A stretch of DNA of 64,000 nt from the NCBI GenBank assembly GCA_965232515.1, contig CBDDPY010000002.1:6336001-6400000 (forward strand). The letters run 5' to 3'. Positions 34,106 to 51,495 of this stretch are shown piece after piece; the first letter of the stretch is position 1; every line of letters starts with the position of its first letter. The notes below the pieces were generated by a model. The model was not told where the DNA came from, did not search any database, and saw only the letters and a list, made by a program, of their open reading frames with translations. Source of the stretch: Alphaproteobacteria bacterium. GTDB lineage: Bacteria; Pseudomonadota; Alphaproteobacteria; GCA-2731375. Position numbers and translations under genes: made by a program.

Positions 34106-35538
34106 GAGCGTTGCCCCTCGACATCGGCACGATCCATTTCGTCGGCATCGGCGGCATCGGCATGAGCGGCATCGCCGAGGTCATGCACAATCTCGGCTAC
34201 AAGGTGCAGGGCTCCGACCAGTCAGAGAGCGCCAACGTCCAGCGTCTGCGTGGTCTCGGTGTTCACGTCGATGTCGGACACGACGCCAAGAATGTCGCCA
34301 GTGTCGAGGTCGTGGTGATTTCGTCGGCCGTCCAGCCCGACAACGCCGAGGTCGTGGCGGCCCGCGAGCGCCTGGTGCCGGTCGTCCGGCGGGCCGAGAT
34401 GCTGGCCGAATTGATGCGCCTGAAATGGGCCATCGCGGTGGGCGGCACGCACGGCAAGACCACGACCACATCGATGGTCGCCTCGCTACTCGACGAAGCC
34501 GGGTTCGACCCCACCGTCATCAATGGCGGCATCATCAACGCTTACGGCACCAACGCGCGTCTCGGCGCCGGGGACTGGATGGTCGTCGAGGCCGACGAGA
34601 GCGACGGCAGCTTCGTCAAGCTGCCGGCGACCATCGCCGTTGTCACCAACATCGATCCCGAGCACCTCGACTTCTACGGCGATTTCGACGGTGTGCGCGC
34701 CGCGTTCCGCAGCTTTGTCGAGAATCTGCCCTTCTACGGCGTCGGCGTGCTCTGCCTCGATCACCCGGAAGTGCAGGCGATGCTGGGCCGGATCACCGAC
34801 CGGCGTCTGCTGACCTATGGCTTCAGTCCGCAAGCCGATGTGCGCGCCATCGACCTGACCGCGTCGCCGGCCGGCATGAAGTTCGACGTTACGCTGTCCG
34901 AACGCGTGCCGAACGGCGCGCGCACCATTGACGGCATTGAGATGCCGATGCTGGGACAGCACAACGTGCAGAACAGCCTGGCCGCGTTGGCGGTGGGGCT
35001 GGAGATGGGCATCTCCGATCAAAAGCTGGTGAAAGCATTGGCCGGCTTCCGCGGCGTGCGCCGGCGTTTCACCAAGACCGGCGAGGCCAACGGCGTCACG
35101 GTGATCGACGACTACGGCCACCATCCGGTCGAGATCACGGCCGTGCTAAAGGCGGCGCGCGTGGTCTGCGACGGCCGGCTGATCGCCGTCGTTCAGCCGC
35201 ACCGGTACTCCCGGCTGCAGGGATTGTTCGAAGAATTCTGCGCCTGCTTCAACGACGCCGACAGCGTCGTCGTCGCCGATGTGCATGCGGCCGGCGAAGA
35301 GCCGATCGAGGGCGTCGACCGCCAGGCCCTCGTCGATGGCTTGAAGAGCCATGGACATCGCCATGTCCTGTCGCTTGACGGACCCGACCACCTTGCCGAT
35401 CTGGTCGCCGGCATCGCCAAGCCAGGCGACATGGTGGTCTGCCTTGGCGCCGGCACGATCACGCAATGGGCAAATGCGTTGCCCGGGCAGCTGGAGCAGG
35501 CGTTCGGACAGAGCGGCGCGACGGAGGCGGACCGATGA
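34102..35538 (+). CDS. murC: UDP-MurNAc:L-Ala ligase
   Basis: [31 protein letters not shown] motifs. Confidence 0.97.
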   Translation: MRALPLDIGTIHFVGIGGIGMSGIAEVMHNLGYKVQGSDQSESANVQRLRGLGVHVDVGHDAKNVASVEVVVISSAVQPDNAEVVAARERLVPVVRRAEMLAELMRLKWAIAVGGTHGKTTTTSMVASLLDEAGFDPTVINGGIINAYGTNARLGAGDWMVVEADESDGSFVKLPATIAVVTNIDPEHLDFYGDFDGVRAAFRSFVENLPFYGVGVLCLDHPEVQAMLGRITDRRLLTYGFSPQADVRAIDLTASPAGMKFDVTLSERVPNGARTIDGIEMPMLGQHNVQNSLAALAVGLEMGISDQKLVKALAGFRGVRRRFTKTGEANGVTVIDDYGHHPVEITAVLKAARVVCDGRLIAVVQPHRYSRLQGLFEEFCACFNDADSVVVADVHAAGEEPIEGVDRQALVDGLKSHGHRHVLSLDGPDHLADLVAGIAKPGDMVVCLGAGTITQWANALPGQLEQAFGQSGATEADR

Positions 35539-36479
35539 TGGCCCCGCAGACGCGCGATACCGGACTTCTGGGGCGCCTGCCCGCCGTTCGCGGACGCTAT
35601 CGCGAGAACGTCTCGCTGGCCGGCGTCACCTGGTTCCGCGTCGGTGGCGAAGCCGAAGTGGTGTTCCGGCCGGCCGACGCCGACGATCTCGCCGAGTTCA
35701 TGGCGAACCGGCCGGCGGACGTTCCGGTCACGGTGTTGGGCGTCGGTTCCAATCTGCTGGTGCGCGACGGCGGCATCGACGGCGTCGTGATCCGGCTCGG
35801 CCGTGGGTTTGTCGAGGTGACGTCTGACGACGGTCGTGTGACCGCGGGCGCGGGCGCCCTTGACGTCAACGTTGCGCTCGCCGCCCGCGAGATGAGCCTC
35901 TCCGGCCTTGAATTTCTGCGCGGCATCCCCGGCACCATCGGCGGTGCGCTGCGCATGAATGCCGGCGCCTATGGCAGCGAAATCAAGGACGTGCTGATCG
36001 AAGCGCAAGCCGTCGATGCGGCCGGCGTGAAGCATAGGGCCGATGTCGCCGCGCTCGGCATGTCCTACCGCCACAGCAGCGCGCCGGCCGACTGGATCTT
36101 TACCGTCGCCGTCCTGCGGGCGCAGCCCGGCGACGGCGCAGCGATCGGACGGCGCATGGACGAGATCAACGCCGCGCGCGAGGCGAGCCAGCCAATCCGG
36201 TCCCGGACCGGCGGCAGCACCTTCAAGAACCCGCCGGGGCGCAAAGCCTGGCAGCTGATCGACGAGGCCGGCTGTCGTGGGCTGCGTCGCGGCGGCGCCA
36301 TGGTCTCCGAGCAGCACTGCAATTTCCTGATCAACACCGGCGACGCCACCGCGGCGGATCTCGAGGCGTTGGGCGAGGAAGTTCGCCGTCGGGTCGCCGA
36401 CGCCACCGGCATCAGCCTGGAGTGGGAGATCAAACGCGTCGGTCGGCATGCCGGCAATGCCATCGGGGAGGCCGGCTGA
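35535..36479 (+). CDS. murB: UDP-N-acetylenolpyruvoylglucosamine reductase
   Basis: [32 protein letters not shown] motifs. Confidence 0.97.
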   Translation: MMAPQTRDTGLLGRLPAVRGRYRENVSLAGVTWFRVGGEAEVVFRPADADDLAEFMANRPADVPVTVLGVGSNLLVRDGGIDGVVIRLGRGFVEVTSDDGRVTAGAGALDVNVALAAREMSLSGLEFLRGIPGTIGGALRMNAGAYGSEIKDVLIEAQAVDAAGVKHRADVAALGMSYRHSSAPADWIFTVAVLRAQPGDGAAIGRRMDEINAAREASQPIRSRTGGSTFKNPPGRKAWQLIDEAGCRGLRRGGAMVSEQHCNFLINTGDATAADLEALGEEVRRRVADATGISLEWEIKRVGRHAGNAIGEAG

Positions 36480-37390
36480 TGGCGAAGCATGTGGCCGTGC
36501 TGATGGGCGGATGGTCGTCGGAACGCGAGGTTTCGCTGGTAACCGGCAAGGCCTGCGCCAAGGCGCTGCGTGACGTCGGCTATCGCGCCACCGAGGTCGA
36601 TGTCGGCCGTGACGTCGCGCAGGTGTTGACGAAACTCAAACCCGACGTGGCGTTCAACGCGCTGCATGGGCCCTGGGGCGAGGACGGCTGCATTCAGGGC
36701 CTGCTCGAGATTCTCGACATTCCCTATACCCATTCCGGCGTGCTGGCCTCGGCCGCGGCTATGCACAAGGCCACGGCCAAGGACATCTTCGCGCGCGCCG
36801 GCATCCGCTGTCCCGAGGGCCGGGTGATGCCGACCGCGGCGATCAACGCGGCCGATCCGTACGAGCGGCCCTACATCGTCAAGCCGATCAGCGAAGGCTC
36901 TACCTGCGGCGTGCGTATCGTCAAGGCAGGCGACAACGAACCGCCGGTCGGCGCGGACTGGACCTACGGCGACGACGCCCTGACGGAGGTCTTCATTCCC
37001 GGCCGCGAGCTGTCCTGCGCCGTGATGGACGGCCAGGCGTTGGGCGTGGTCGAAATCCGGCCGCGCAGCGGCTTCTACGACTACGAGGCCAAGTACACCG
37101 AGGGCAAGACGGACCATGTCATGCCGGCGCCGATCGACGCCTGCAGTTATGACGAGGCCATGCAGATGTCGGCGCTGGCGCATGAAGTGCTTGGCTGTCG
37201 CGGCGTCAGCCGGGCCGACCTGCGCTATGACGACACCGCGGGCGAGCCCGGTACGCTTTACCTGTTGGAGGTCAATACGCAGCCGGGCATGACGCCGCTC
37301 AGCCTGGTGCCCGAGATCGCCGCCGATCAGGGCATGGATTTCGGCGCGCTGGTCGGATGGATGGTGGAGGACGCCACATGCGGCCGCTAG
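36479..37390 (+). CDS. ddl: D-alanine--D-alanine ligase
   Basis: GGWSSEREVS, LHGPWGEDG, FYDYEAKY, EVNTQPGMT motifs. Confidence 0.97.
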   Translation: MAKHVAVLMGGWSSEREVSLVTGKACAKALRDVGYRATEVDVGRDVAQVLTKLKPDVAFNALHGPWGEDGCIQGLLEILDIPYTHSGVLASAAAMHKATAKDIFARAGIRCPEGRVMPTAAINAADPYERPYIVKPISEGSTCGVRIVKAGDNEPPVGADWTYGDDALTEVFIPGRELSCAVMDGQALGVVEIRPRSGFYDYEAKYTEGKTDHVMPAPIDACSYDEAMQMSALAHEVLGCRGVSRADLRYDDTAGEPGTLYLLEVNTQPGMTPLSLVPEIAADQGMDFGALVGWMVEDATCGR

Positions 37391-38229
37391 GCAAGGGCCG
37401 TGACCAGAAGCGTCGCACGACCGGCCGGCGGCGGCCGGCGTCGCGTTGGCGCCGGGCGACCTATTTCGCCGGCGGTGCCGGCCTCGCGGTTGCGGCCTTG
37501 ATCGCGACGGGCAACTGGATGTGGCAGGCCGGCCACGTCGGCCGCGTCCAGGCATCGATCGACGCCTGGCTGGGCGATCTCGTCGCCGGGGCGGGCCTGA
37601 CGGTCCGGGAAGTCTATGTCACCGGCCGCGTGAACACGACGACTCGCGAGCTGCTGCAGGCGCTGGCCGTGGATCGGGGCGATCCGATCCTGGCCTTCGA
37701 TCCGGACGAGGCGCGCAAACGTCTGTTGCGCCTCGACTGGATCAAGTCGGTCGAAGTGTCCCGCCGACTGCCCGATCTGATCGACGTCCGGCTGCAGGAG
37801 CGCGAGCCGTTGGCGCTGTGGCAGCGCGGCAAGCGTTTCGTGCTGGTCGACCGCGAAGGCGAGCCCATCACCGGGAATGACGTCGGGCGTTTTCGCGACC
37901 TGCCGATCGTGGTTGGCAAGGACGCGCCGCAGCATGCCGCCGACATCATCGAGCTGCTGGCGGCGGACGGCGCGCTATTCCAGCAGGTCCACGCGCTGGT
38001 GCGGGTAGGAGGGCGTCGCTGGGACGTCCAGCTCGATACCGGGATCGAGGTCCACCTGCCCGAGACCGATGCGGGCGAGGCTTGGTCGCAACTGTCTGCG
38101 TTGCAGGCCGAAGAGGGCATCTTTGATCGCGATATCGCCATTATCGATCTGCGCCGGCCGGGTCACCTGGTCGTCCGCCTGACGCCCGAGGCCGCCGCCA
38201 GACGGCGCGACCCCGGCGAGAACACGTGA
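37378..38229 (+). CDS. ftsQ: Cell division protein FtsQ
   Basis: TM plus POTRA domain; RRWD and IDLR motifs; position in cluster. Confidence 0.93.
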   Translation: MRPLGKGRDQKRRTTGRRRPASRWRRATYFAGGAGLAVAALIATGNWMWQAGHVGRVQASIDAWLGDLVAGAGLTVREVYVTGRVNTTTRELLQALAVDRGDPILAFDPDEARKRLLRLDWIKSVEVSRRLPDLIDVRLQEREPLALWQRGKRFVLVDREGEPITGNDVGRFRDLPIVVGKDAPQHAADIIELLAADGALFQQVHALVRVGGRRWDVQLDTGIEVHLPETDAGEAWSQLSALQAEEGIFDRDIAIIDLRRPGHLVVRLTPEAAARRRDPGENT

Positions 38230-38270
38230 AGGGGGCCCATGCATTCTGGTTCGTATTGGGAGTCTGGACG

Positions 38271-39512
38271 GTGCCTGTAGGGCGTAACGCATTGATCGCG
38301 GCACTCGATGTCGGGTCGACTAAGGTCTGCTGCTTCGTCGCCCGGCCCGAGCCCGGCGGCGCGCGCGTCGTCGGCATCGGCCACCAGGTCTCGCGCGGCA
38401 TGCGGGCCGGCGCCGTGATCGACATGGAAACGGCCGAGACGGCCATTCGGGCGGCCGTCGACACGGCGGAACGGATGGCCGGCGAAACCGTGCATCGGGT
38501 CTACGTCAACCTGACCGGCGGCCGGCCGCACTCACAGCTGGTCGGCGTCGAGATGGCGATCGCCGGCCACCAGATCAGCGACGGCGACATCCGGCGGGTT
38601 TTGAACCAGGCCCAGGCCCGGACCGATCTCGGCGACCGTCAGGTCATCCACGCCGTGCCGACCGGCTACTCGATCGATGGCAGCCGCGGCATTCACGATC
38701 CGCGCGGCATGTATGGCTCGCGTCTCGGCGTCAACCTGCATGTCGTCGCCGCGGCCACCGGTCCGCTGCAGAATCTGAAGGTCGTGGTCGAGCGCTGCCA
38801 TCTCGAGGTGGCCGACTTCGTGGTCTCGCCCTATGCGTCGGCGCTCTCGACGCTGGTCGAGGACGAGAAGGATCTCGGCGTCACGCTGATCGACATGGGC
38901 GGCGGCACGACCAGCATCGCCGTGTTCTACGACGGCGCGCTGGTGCATGCCGATGTCGTGCCGGTCGGCGGCGCCCACGTCACCAACGACATCGCCCGCG
39001 GCCTGTCGACCCCGATGGCCGACGCCGAACGCATGAAGACGCTTTATGGCAGCGCCATCGTCGGTCCGGCCGACGAACGCGAGATGGTCTCGGTGCCGCA
39101 GATCGGCGAGGCCGGCGAGGACAGCGTTCAGCAAATTCCCCGATCGATGCTGATCGGCATCATTCAGCCCCGTATCGAAGAGACCCTGGAACTGGTGCGC
39201 GACCGCCTGAAGGAGAGCAACGCCGACCGTTTGGCCGGCCGTCGCCTCGTGTTGGCCGGTGGCGCCAGCCTGTTGACCGGCGTGCGCGAGCTCGCCGCCC
39301 GGGTCCTCGACAAACAGGTTCGTATCGGCCGGCCGTTGCGTGTTCACGGTCTCGCCGATGCAACGGGCGGGCCGGCCTTTGCCGGCTGCGCCGGTCTCCT
39401 GGCCTATGCCATGCGCAAGCCGGAGGAGGCAGAACAGGTGCCGCCGCCCGCGGTGCTTGAGGCGACCGGGCGCATGGCTCGCATCGGCGCTTGGATACGG
39501 GAGAACTTCTAA
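38271..39512 (+). CDS. ftsA: Cell division protein FtsA (start GTG 38271 after GGGAG; alternative GTG 38226)
   Basis: [18 protein letters not shown]-terminal amphipathic WIRENF. Confidence 0.95.
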   Translation: MPVGRNALIAALDVGSTKVCCFVARPEPGGARVVGIGHQVSRGMRAGAVIDMETAETAIRAAVDTAERMAGETVHRVYVNLTGGRPHSQLVGVEMAIAGHQISDGDIRRVLNQAQARTDLGDRQVIHAVPTGYSIDGSRGIHDPRGMYGSRLGVNLHVVAAATGPLQNLKVVVERCHLEVADFVVSPYASALSTLVEDEKDLGVTLIDMGGGTTSIAVFYDGALVHADVVPVGGAHVTNDIARGLSTPMADAERMKTLYGSAIVGPADEREMVSVPQIGEAGEDSVQQIPRSMLIGIIQPRIEETLELVRDRLKESNADRLAGRRLVLAGGASLLTGVRELAARVLDKQVRIGRPLRVHGLADATGGPAFAGCAGLLAYAMRKPEEAEQVPPPAVLEATGRMARIGAWIRENF

Positions 39513-39591
39513 TGCTTCACCAGCACGAAGCAGTGGGACGGGCACGTTTCAGTCAGCAACAGCAATCTCAGGCTTAGCCCAGGAGGCGAAA

Positions 39592-41301
39592 ATGAGCATT
39601 ACCTTCACGCCACCGACCACCACCGAGCTGAAGCCGCGCATTGTCGTGATCGGCGTTGGCGGCGCCGGCGGCAACGCGGTCAACAACATGATCAGCTCGG
39701 GGCTCGAGGGCGTCGAGTTCCTTGTCACCAACACCGACGCCCAGGCGCTGGCGCAAAGCCAGGCCGAGCGCAAGATCCAGCTCGGCGTGACCATCACCGA
39801 GGGCCTGGGTTGCGGCGCCCGTCCCGATATCGGCCGCGCGGCGGCCGAAGAGGTGATCGAGCAGATCATCGATCACCTGTCGGGCACGCACATGGCGTTC
39901 ATCACCGCCGGCATGGGCGGCGGCACCGGCACCGGCGGTGCCCCGGTGATCGCCCAGGCCTGCCGCGATCAGGGCATCCTGACGGTCGGCGTCGTCACCA
40001 AGCCCTTCCATTTCGAGGGCACGACGCGCATGCGGATCGCCGAGGGCGGCATCGAGGAGCTGCAGAACTTCGTCGATACGCTGATCATCATTCCGAACCA
40101 GAACCTGTTCCGGGTCGCGAATGAGAAGACGACCTTCGCCGACGCCTTCGCCATGGCCGACGACGTCCTGCATTCGGGCGTGCGCGGCATCACCGACCTG
40201 ATGGTCATGCCGGGTCTGATCAATCTCGACTTCGCCGACGTGAAAACGGTGATGGGCGAGATGGGCAAGGCCATGATGGGCACCGGCGAGGCCGAGGGCG
40301 AGAAGCGGGCGCTGGACGCGGCCGAGGCGGCGATCTCGAACCCACTGCTGGACGAGGTCTCGATGAAGGGCGCCAACGGCGTGCTGATCAATATCACCGG
40401 CGGTCTGGACCTCACGCTCTACGAGGTCGACGAGGCCGCGAACCGCATCCGCGAGGAGGTCGATCCCGACGCCAACATCATCGTCGGCTCGGCGCTGGAC
40501 GAGAACCTCGCCGGCCTGATGCGGGTTTCGGTGGTGGCGACCGGCATCGATGCCGAGGCGGCGGCCGAGCCGCGACCGAAGGCGATGCCGCGTCTGTATG
40601 CGGTCGGCGGCAACACGGCGACGGAGCCGGCGGCCGAGGAAGCCTCGGAAGCACCTGCCGCGGCGATGCCGGAGGGGATTGTCGAGGACCCCGGTACCCC
40701 GGCCACGGTCGCGGTCGGCGCCACGAACGAAGCGCTCGATATCCGCACGGAGCCGTTGGCGGTCGCGGAGCCGGCCTTTGAACCGGAGCCGCAGCCGGAG
40801 CAGCCGCCGCTGCTCGAGAACACTGTGATGCCGGTCGGCAACACGGTGCCGCAGCCCAAGCCGCTGATGCCGGAGCGCGATCCGATGCTCGATGCGCAGG
40901 CCACGGCCGTGGAAGAGGTGAGCAACGAGCCGTTCATCGCGCCGCCGCCGGTCAAGCCACGTTCGGCCCGCGATCTGCTGCGGCGTCCGCACCCCATCGC
41001 GGAAGCCGATGCCGTGAATGCGGATGGTCAGCGCGAGAACAGGCGGCAGCGGGGTCTCGGTCTGTTCGCGCGTATGACCAGCGCCGCCCGGCCGACGCCC
41101 GAACCGGCCGCCGAAGCGCCGGCGCAGCCGGCTCAGCAGCCGCAGTTGCGGAGCGAGCCCGTCGAACCGGCGCCCGCGGTCGAGACGCAGCCGGCCCCGG
41201 AGACCGCCGCGTCACCGGAACCGGCGGATCAGCTTGCGCCGCCGCGGCAGGATGAGGACCTGCTCGAGATCCCGTCGTTCCTGCGGCGCCAGGCCAACTG
41301 A
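39592..41301 (+). CDS. ftsZ: Cell division protein FtsZ with long Pro/Ala/Glu-rich linker
   Basis: [24 protein letters not shown]; C-terminal [12 protein letters not shown]; AGGAGG RBS. Confidence 0.98.
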   Translation: MSITFTPPTTTELKPRIVVIGVGGAGGNAVNNMISSGLEGVEFLVTNTDAQALAQSQAERKIQLGVTITEGLGCGARPDIGRAAAEEVIEQIIDHLSGTHMAFITAGMGGGTGTGGAPVIAQACRDQGILTVGVVTKPFHFEGTTRMRIAEGGIEELQNFVDTLIIIPNQNLFRVANEKTTFADAFAMADDVLHSGVRGITDLMVMPGLINLDFADVKTVMGEMGKAMMGTGEAEGEKRALDAAEAAISNPLLDEVSMKGANGVLINITGGLDLTLYEVDEAANRIREEVDPDANIIVGSALDENLAGLMRVSVVATGIDAEAAAEPRPKAMPRLYAVGGNTATEPAAEEASEAPAAAMPEGIVEDPGTPATVAVGATNEALDIRTEPLAVAEPAFEPEPQPEQPPLLENTVMPVGNTVPQPKPLMPERDPMLDAQATAVEEVSNEPFIAPPPVKPRSARDLLRRPHPIAEADAVNADGQRENRRQRGLGLFARMTSAARPTPEPAAEAPAQPAQQPQLRSEPVEPAPAVETQPAPETAASPEPADQLAPPRQDEDLLEIPSFLRRQAN

Positions 41302-41335
41302 AGCCGGCTGGCGTTCTCTCGTCTCCGCATTTCCG

Positions 41336-41380
41336 CACCCGGCCGTCCCGAGGTTTCACGAACCGAGAGGCGGCCGGGTG
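41336..41380 (+). terminator. GC-rich hairpin after ftsZ (terminator or processing site)
   Basis: CACCCGGCCGTC...GGCGGCCGGGTG stem. A T-rich tract follows about 20 nt later rather than immediately. Confidence 0.45.
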
Positions 41381-41414
41381 GGGTGCGGCGAGTGCCTGTT
41401 TGTTTCGTGTTTGA

Positions 41415-41429
41415 TTAAGAGCTCATTAA
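41415..41429. promoter_or_regulatory. CtrA-type box upstream of lpxC
   Basis: TTAA-GAGCTCA-TTAA is an exact TTAA-N7-TTAA in an AT-rich intergenic region. Confidence 0.6.
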
Positions 41430-41592
41430 ACAAAAATTGTATTTCGGCAAGAGACGAACAGGGGAAATAAAATGTAACAACTAGTGATTTGAGGCCGTTA
41501 GGCGATGTTGTTAATAACAATCGTCGGCTAATTGTACTTGCTAAGCTTTCGCGTTTTGGGAGGAACCGGGAGCCGAAGCTGGGGAAATCTGT

Positions 41593-42555
41593 ATGAATCG
41601 TTTCGAAGGTGTTGCTGCGGATGGCCGCGGTCATTTCCAGCATACACTTAAAAATCCGATCAACTGTACCGGGATCGGGTTGCACAGCGGGCAGAAGGTC
41701 AAGATGGCGTTGCATCCGGCCGAGCCCGGAACCGGCATCTGCTTCCGCCGTGTCGACCTTCCCGGCCCGGATCGCGACATTCCCGCACGCTGGGACGCTG
41801 TCAGCAACACCCTGATGTGTACGACGATCGCCAATGACGCCGGCGCGTCGGTGGCGACGATCGAGCATCTGATGGCGGCGCTTGCCGGCAGCGGCATCGA
41901 CAATGCGTTGATCGAGGTGAACGGGCCGGAAGTGCCGATCATGGACGGTTCGTCGGCCCCGTTTGTGTTCCTGATCGAATGCGCCGGACGACTGGAGCAG
42001 TCCTTGCCGCGTCAGGCGGTGCGCGTGTTGAAGCCGATCGAAGTCGGCGATGCCGACCGCAGCGCCACGCTGCTGCCGTCCGACGGTTTCTCGGTGCATT
42101 TCGAAATCGATTTCGACAGCACGGCCATCTCCCACAAGTCGGGGCGCTTCGATCTCTCCAACGGCGCCTTCAAGCGCGAGATCTGTCGCGCCCGAACCTT
42201 CGGCTTCGAGAGCGATGTACAGAAGTTGTGGGATCTGGGGCTGGCCCGCGGCGGCTCATTGGACAATGCCGTCGTGGTCGGCGATGACGATCGGATTCTG
42301 AATGACGGCGGCCTGCGCTACGACGACGAATTCGTCCGCCATAAGGTATTGGATTCGGTCGGCGATCTTTATCTGGCCGGCGGTCAGCTGCTGGCCCAGT
42401 TTCACGGCGTGCGCTCGGGCCACGCGCTCAATCACCGGCTGCTGCTGGCCCTGTTTGCCGATGATTCGGCCTGGGAAATGACGACGGATGTTCCGCGTTC
42501 GGTACCGCTCGCGCCGATCCAGCTGCCGCCAAGGGCTGTCGCGGCATCGGTATAG
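41593..42555 (+). CDS. lpxC: UDP-3-O-acyl-GlcNAc deacetylase
   Basis: [30 protein letters not shown] motifs. Confidence 0.97.
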   Translation: MNRFEGVAADGRGHFQHTLKNPINCTGIGLHSGQKVKMALHPAEPGTGICFRRVDLPGPDRDIPARWDAVSNTLMCTTIANDAGASVATIEHLMAALAGSGIDNALIEVNGPEVPIMDGSSAPFVFLIECAGRLEQSLPRQAVRVLKPIEVGDADRSATLLPSDGFSVHFEIDFDSTAISHKSGRFDLSNGAFKREICRARTFGFESDVQKLWDLGLARGGSLDNAVVVGDDDRILNDGGLRYDDEFVRHKVLDSVGDLYLAGGQLLAQFHGVRSGHALNHRLLLALFADDSAWEMTTDVPRSVPLAPIQLPPRAVAASV

Positions 42556-42591
42556 CGACTGTTGTCGTTGTCTTCACAAGGCATGTGAAAA

Positions 42592-42622
42592 TGAACAGGG
42601 GCGCCGACGGCGCCCCTGTTCA
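42592..42622. terminator. Probable bidirectional terminator between convergent lpxC and XRE genes
   Basis: Perfect 14-bp stem TGAACAGGGGCGCC-GAC-GGCGCCCCTGTTCA; on the minus strand it is followed by a short U run. Confidence 0.65.
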
Positions 42623-42653
42623 CATCGATCGCTGTGTGACGCGATAGTCGTTG

Positions 42654-43034
42654 CTACATGCCGGTGCCGTTGCGGGCACTGAGGCTCTTGACGAGCCCAC
42701 TGACCGCGGACCGGATAGCTGGATCGCCGATATCGGAGAAATTCCGTACGAGTTCGATCGTCGACCGGTTCCGACCACCATGTTCCAAAGGATTGACATC
42801 GCTCTCTTCGTCCAATCCTTCGAAGAAGTAGGAGACGTCCACGTCGAGCTTGCGGGCCACCTCATAGAGGCGACCGGCGCTCACCCTGTTCGCGCCCGTT
42901 TCATACTTCTGAACTTGCTGGTAGGAGATATCTAGTGCACTTGCCAAGTGCTCTTGGGTCAAACCAAGTACTGTACGGCGCTCCCGAATACGCTCCCCGA
43001 CATAGGCATCAACACGCTTTGCCAGCCTTCCCAT
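42654..43034 (-). CDS. XRE-family HTH transcriptional regulator
   Basis: VGERIRERR..LGLTQEHLA..LDISYQQVQKYETGANRVSAGRL; GAGGG RBS. Confidence 0.9.
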   Translation of the reverse strand: MGRLAKRVDAYVGERIRERRTVLGLTQEHLASALDISYQQVQKYETGANRVSAGRLYEVARKLDVDVSYFFEGLDEESDVNPLEHGGRNRSTIELVRNFSDIGDPAIRSAVSGLVKSLSARNGTGM

Positions 43035-43429
43035 ATTGCCCTCAGTGTTCTGTTGTCACAACGGTCCCGCGGGACCGTCCTGAAGGCCGATCATCACCCC
43101 ACCTTCCGGCGGATATAATTTGCTATTTCCTCGCCGCACTTGTCAACAAATCCCGAGATTTAGGAACAACATTTGCGACCCAATCTCAACGTGATGTATC
43201 CATATCTCGACGCTACTGGCCGCCTGGCGCTAAGTTGAAAGCCGGGAGTGTTGGTCGCGCGATGCGCTTCGATACCCGCGACAGGCCGGGATTCGGCGTG
43301 GAATTCAAGCTGTCGAAATCGACCGATTGGGAATGCGTTGTTGGGCTAAACATTCGATCTTCGGCACAGTATGTTAGGCGATGACAGGCTGGCCGTTCGC
43401 GCCGCGACGCAGCCGTTGATGAGATCGTC

Positions 43430-44293
43430 ATGGCGCCAGGTCTGGGATTTGGGAAGGTGAGCGTGCAGATCACAGCGAAGATCCGTCGCCGTTGGTCGGT
43501 GCCGATCGCGGCCCTGACCGTCGTCTTGCTGATGGCGGGCTGTGAAACGAACGAAGAGCCGGAGTATGTCGAGCGCTCCGTTGAAGAACTCTATAACCAG
43601 GCCATGGACCAGTTGCTGGCCGGCAATGCGGACGAGGCGGCGAAGAATTTCGACGAGGTGGAGCGTCAGCACCCCTATTCCGTCTGGGCCCGCAAGGCCC
43701 AGCTGATGGCGGCCTACGCCTACTATCAGGTCAACGAGTACGACGAGGCCATTCTGGCGGCCGAGCGCTTCCTGCAGCTGCATCCCGGCAACAAGGATGC
43801 GCCCTACGCCCACTACCTGATCGCAATCTCATACTACGAGCAGATTGCCGACGTCGGCCGGGATCAGAAAATCACCCAGCAGGCCCTCAAGGCGCTCGAC
43901 GACGTCGTCGACCGTTATCCCGAATCGGAATATGCGCGCGACGCCCGGCTGAAAATCGATCTGGCGAGCGACCACCTGGCCGGCAAGGAAATGGAAATCG
44001 GCCGCTATTATTTGAAGCGCGGCGAATATGCCGCCGCCATCAACCGGTTCCGCAACGTAATCGAATCCTACCAGACCACGACACACGTGCCGGAAGCGCT
44101 GCATCGTCTGACCGAAGCCTATCTCGCACTCGGCGTGACGACCGAGGCGCAGACCGCCGCCGCCGTGTTGGGCTACAATTATCCGGGCAGCCGCTGGTAC
44201 CAGGACAGCTATGTGCTGTTGACCGGCGAAAACCTCGAGCCGGCCGAAGACCGGGATTCTTGGATCAGCCGGCTTTGGGCCCAGGTGTTCTGA
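43430..44293 (+). CDS. bamD: Outer membrane assembly lipoprotein BamD (start may be a few codons later)
   Basis: Lipobox MAGC; ERQHPYS, RDQ, LAGKEMEIGRYY, EALHRL motifs; precedes recN. Confidence 0.95.
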   Translation: MAPGLGFGKVSVQITAKIRRRWSVPIAALTVVLLMAGCETNEEPEYVERSVEELYNQAMDQLLAGNADEAAKNFDEVERQHPYSVWARKAQLMAAYAYYQVNEYDEAILAAERFLQLHPGNKDAPYAHYLIAISYYEQIADVGRDQKITQQALKALDDVVDRYPESEYARDARLKIDLASDHLAGKEMEIGRYYLKRGEYAAAINRFRNVIESYQTTTHVPEALHRLTEAYLALGVTTEAQTAAAVLGYNYPGSRWYQDSYVLLTGENLEPAEDRDSWISRLWAQVF

Positions 44294-44302
44294 CGCCGCG
44301 GA

Positions 44303-49680
<5,378 letters not shown>

Positions 49681-49681
<1 letters not shown>

Positions 49682-51495
49682 CAGTCGGCCGACCGGGTCG
49701 CCTTCGCCAGCCAATCCTGGCTGGCAGCATCGATCTGCGGCGACAGGATGGCCCGGACGTCAGCGTGGTAGGCGTTTAGCCAGGCCTTTTCGTCATCGCT
49801 CAGCATGTCGGGTTCGACCAAATTCAGATCGATCGGCGCGAAGGTCAGCGTCTCGAACTTCAGCATCGGGCGTTCGGCGTCCGCCATCTCGTCGGCCGTC
49901 ACCACCGCCACCAGGTTCTCGATGCGGATACCGTAGCCGTCGGTCTTGTAGTAGCCCGGCTCGTTCGAAACGATCATCCCGGGTTTCAGCGCCACGGTAT
50001 TGCCGACCTTCGCCACGCGCTGCGGTCCCTCGTGAACGCCGAGATAGCTGCCGACGCCATGGCCGGTGCCGTGATCGAAGTCGAGGCCCGCCTGCCAAAG
50101 CGCATGCCGGGCCAGCACGTCGATCTGCGATCCGGTCGTGCCCTCGGGAAACCGGCAGGTGGCGATGGCGATGTGGCCTTTCAGCACCCGCGTAAACCGG
50201 TCGCGCATCTCGGCCGTCGGTTCGCCGACGGCGATGGTCCGCGTGATATCGGTCGTGCCGTCGAGATACTGCGCGCCGGAGTCGACGAGGTAGAGGGTGC
50301 CCGGTTCCAGCTTGCGGTTGCTCTCGGGCGTCACGCGGTAGTGCACGATCGCGCCGTTCGGACCGGCGCCCGAGATGGTATCGAAGCTGAGGTCGCGGAA
50401 CAGGTCGTTCTCGGCCCGCAGGCCGGCCAAATGGTCGGCGGCGGCGATCTCGTCAATCGCGCCGCCGGCCGCGTTTTCGTCCAGCCATTGCAGAAAACGC
50501 GTGACGGCGGCGCCGTCGCGCCGGTGGGCGGCGCGGGTGCCGTTCAGCTCGGTTTCGTTCTTGCAGGCCTTCGGCAATTGGCAGGGGTCGGCCCCGCGCA
50601 CGATCTTGGCGCCCGCCTTGTCCAGCCGATCGAATACCCAGTTTGCCGACACCGCCGGATCCGCCAGCACGGTCTTGCCGTCCTGACCCAGCTTGTCGAG
50701 CGCCGGGCCGAAGCTGTCCGGCGTCTGGATCGCCACTTCGTTGCCGAGATGGGCGTCCAGGCCCTCGCTGCGTTTGGCGCCGTCGAGGAAGAAGTCGACC
50801 TGGGCGTCAGCGTGCAACACAGCCAGCGACAGCGGCAGCGGCGTGTGCGACACGTCATCGCCACGTACGTTCAGCAGCCAGGCGATGGAATCGCTGGCGG
50901 TGACGACGGCGGCATCGATGCCGTCCTTGCGCAGCTGTTCGGCCAGTTGCGCCCGCTTCTCGGCAGATGGTTGGCCCGAATAGGCGACGTCGTGGGGTAC
51001 CACCGGCGCCATTGGGGCCGGCGGCTGGTCTGTCCAGATAACGTCGATTGGATTGCCGTCCACCGGCGTCAGCGCGCCGCCGGCCTTCTCGGCCGCCTCG
51101 GCGAACCGGCGGACGCCGTCGGCCGTGAACAGCCAGGGGTCGTAGCCCAGCTTGGCGCCGGCCGGCAGATGCTCGCCGATCCAGTCGGTTGCCGGCGCGT
51201 CGACAATGTGCCTGAGGTCGTAGAGATCGCCATCGACCTGGTCGGCGACCTGCAGCGTATAGCGCCCGTCGGTGAATACGGCCGCGCGTTCGGTTAGCAC
51301 GACGACGAGGCCGGCGGAGCCGGTGAAGCCCGTTAACCATTCGATGCGTTTCGCCCGCAGCGGCACGTATTCGTTCTGGTACTCGTCCGCCATCGGCACC
51401 AGAAAGCCGTCCAGGCCGCGGCGTTCAAGCTCGGCCCGCAAATCTCGCAGCCGGTCGGCGCTAATGGTCTGCTTGGGTACTGCCTGGGCGGTCAT
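49681..51495 (-). CDS. pepP: Aminopeptidase P (M24B)
   Basis: DSGAQYLDGTTDITRT, HGTGHGVG..L.VHEGP, SNEPGYY, IRIEN motifs; GGAGA RBS. Confidence 0.93.

Noticed and set aside
40560-41260. Low-complexity Pro/Ala/Glu repeats in ftsZ
   Set aside because: This is the long disordered C-terminal linker typical of alphaproteobacterial FtsZ, not a repeat element.
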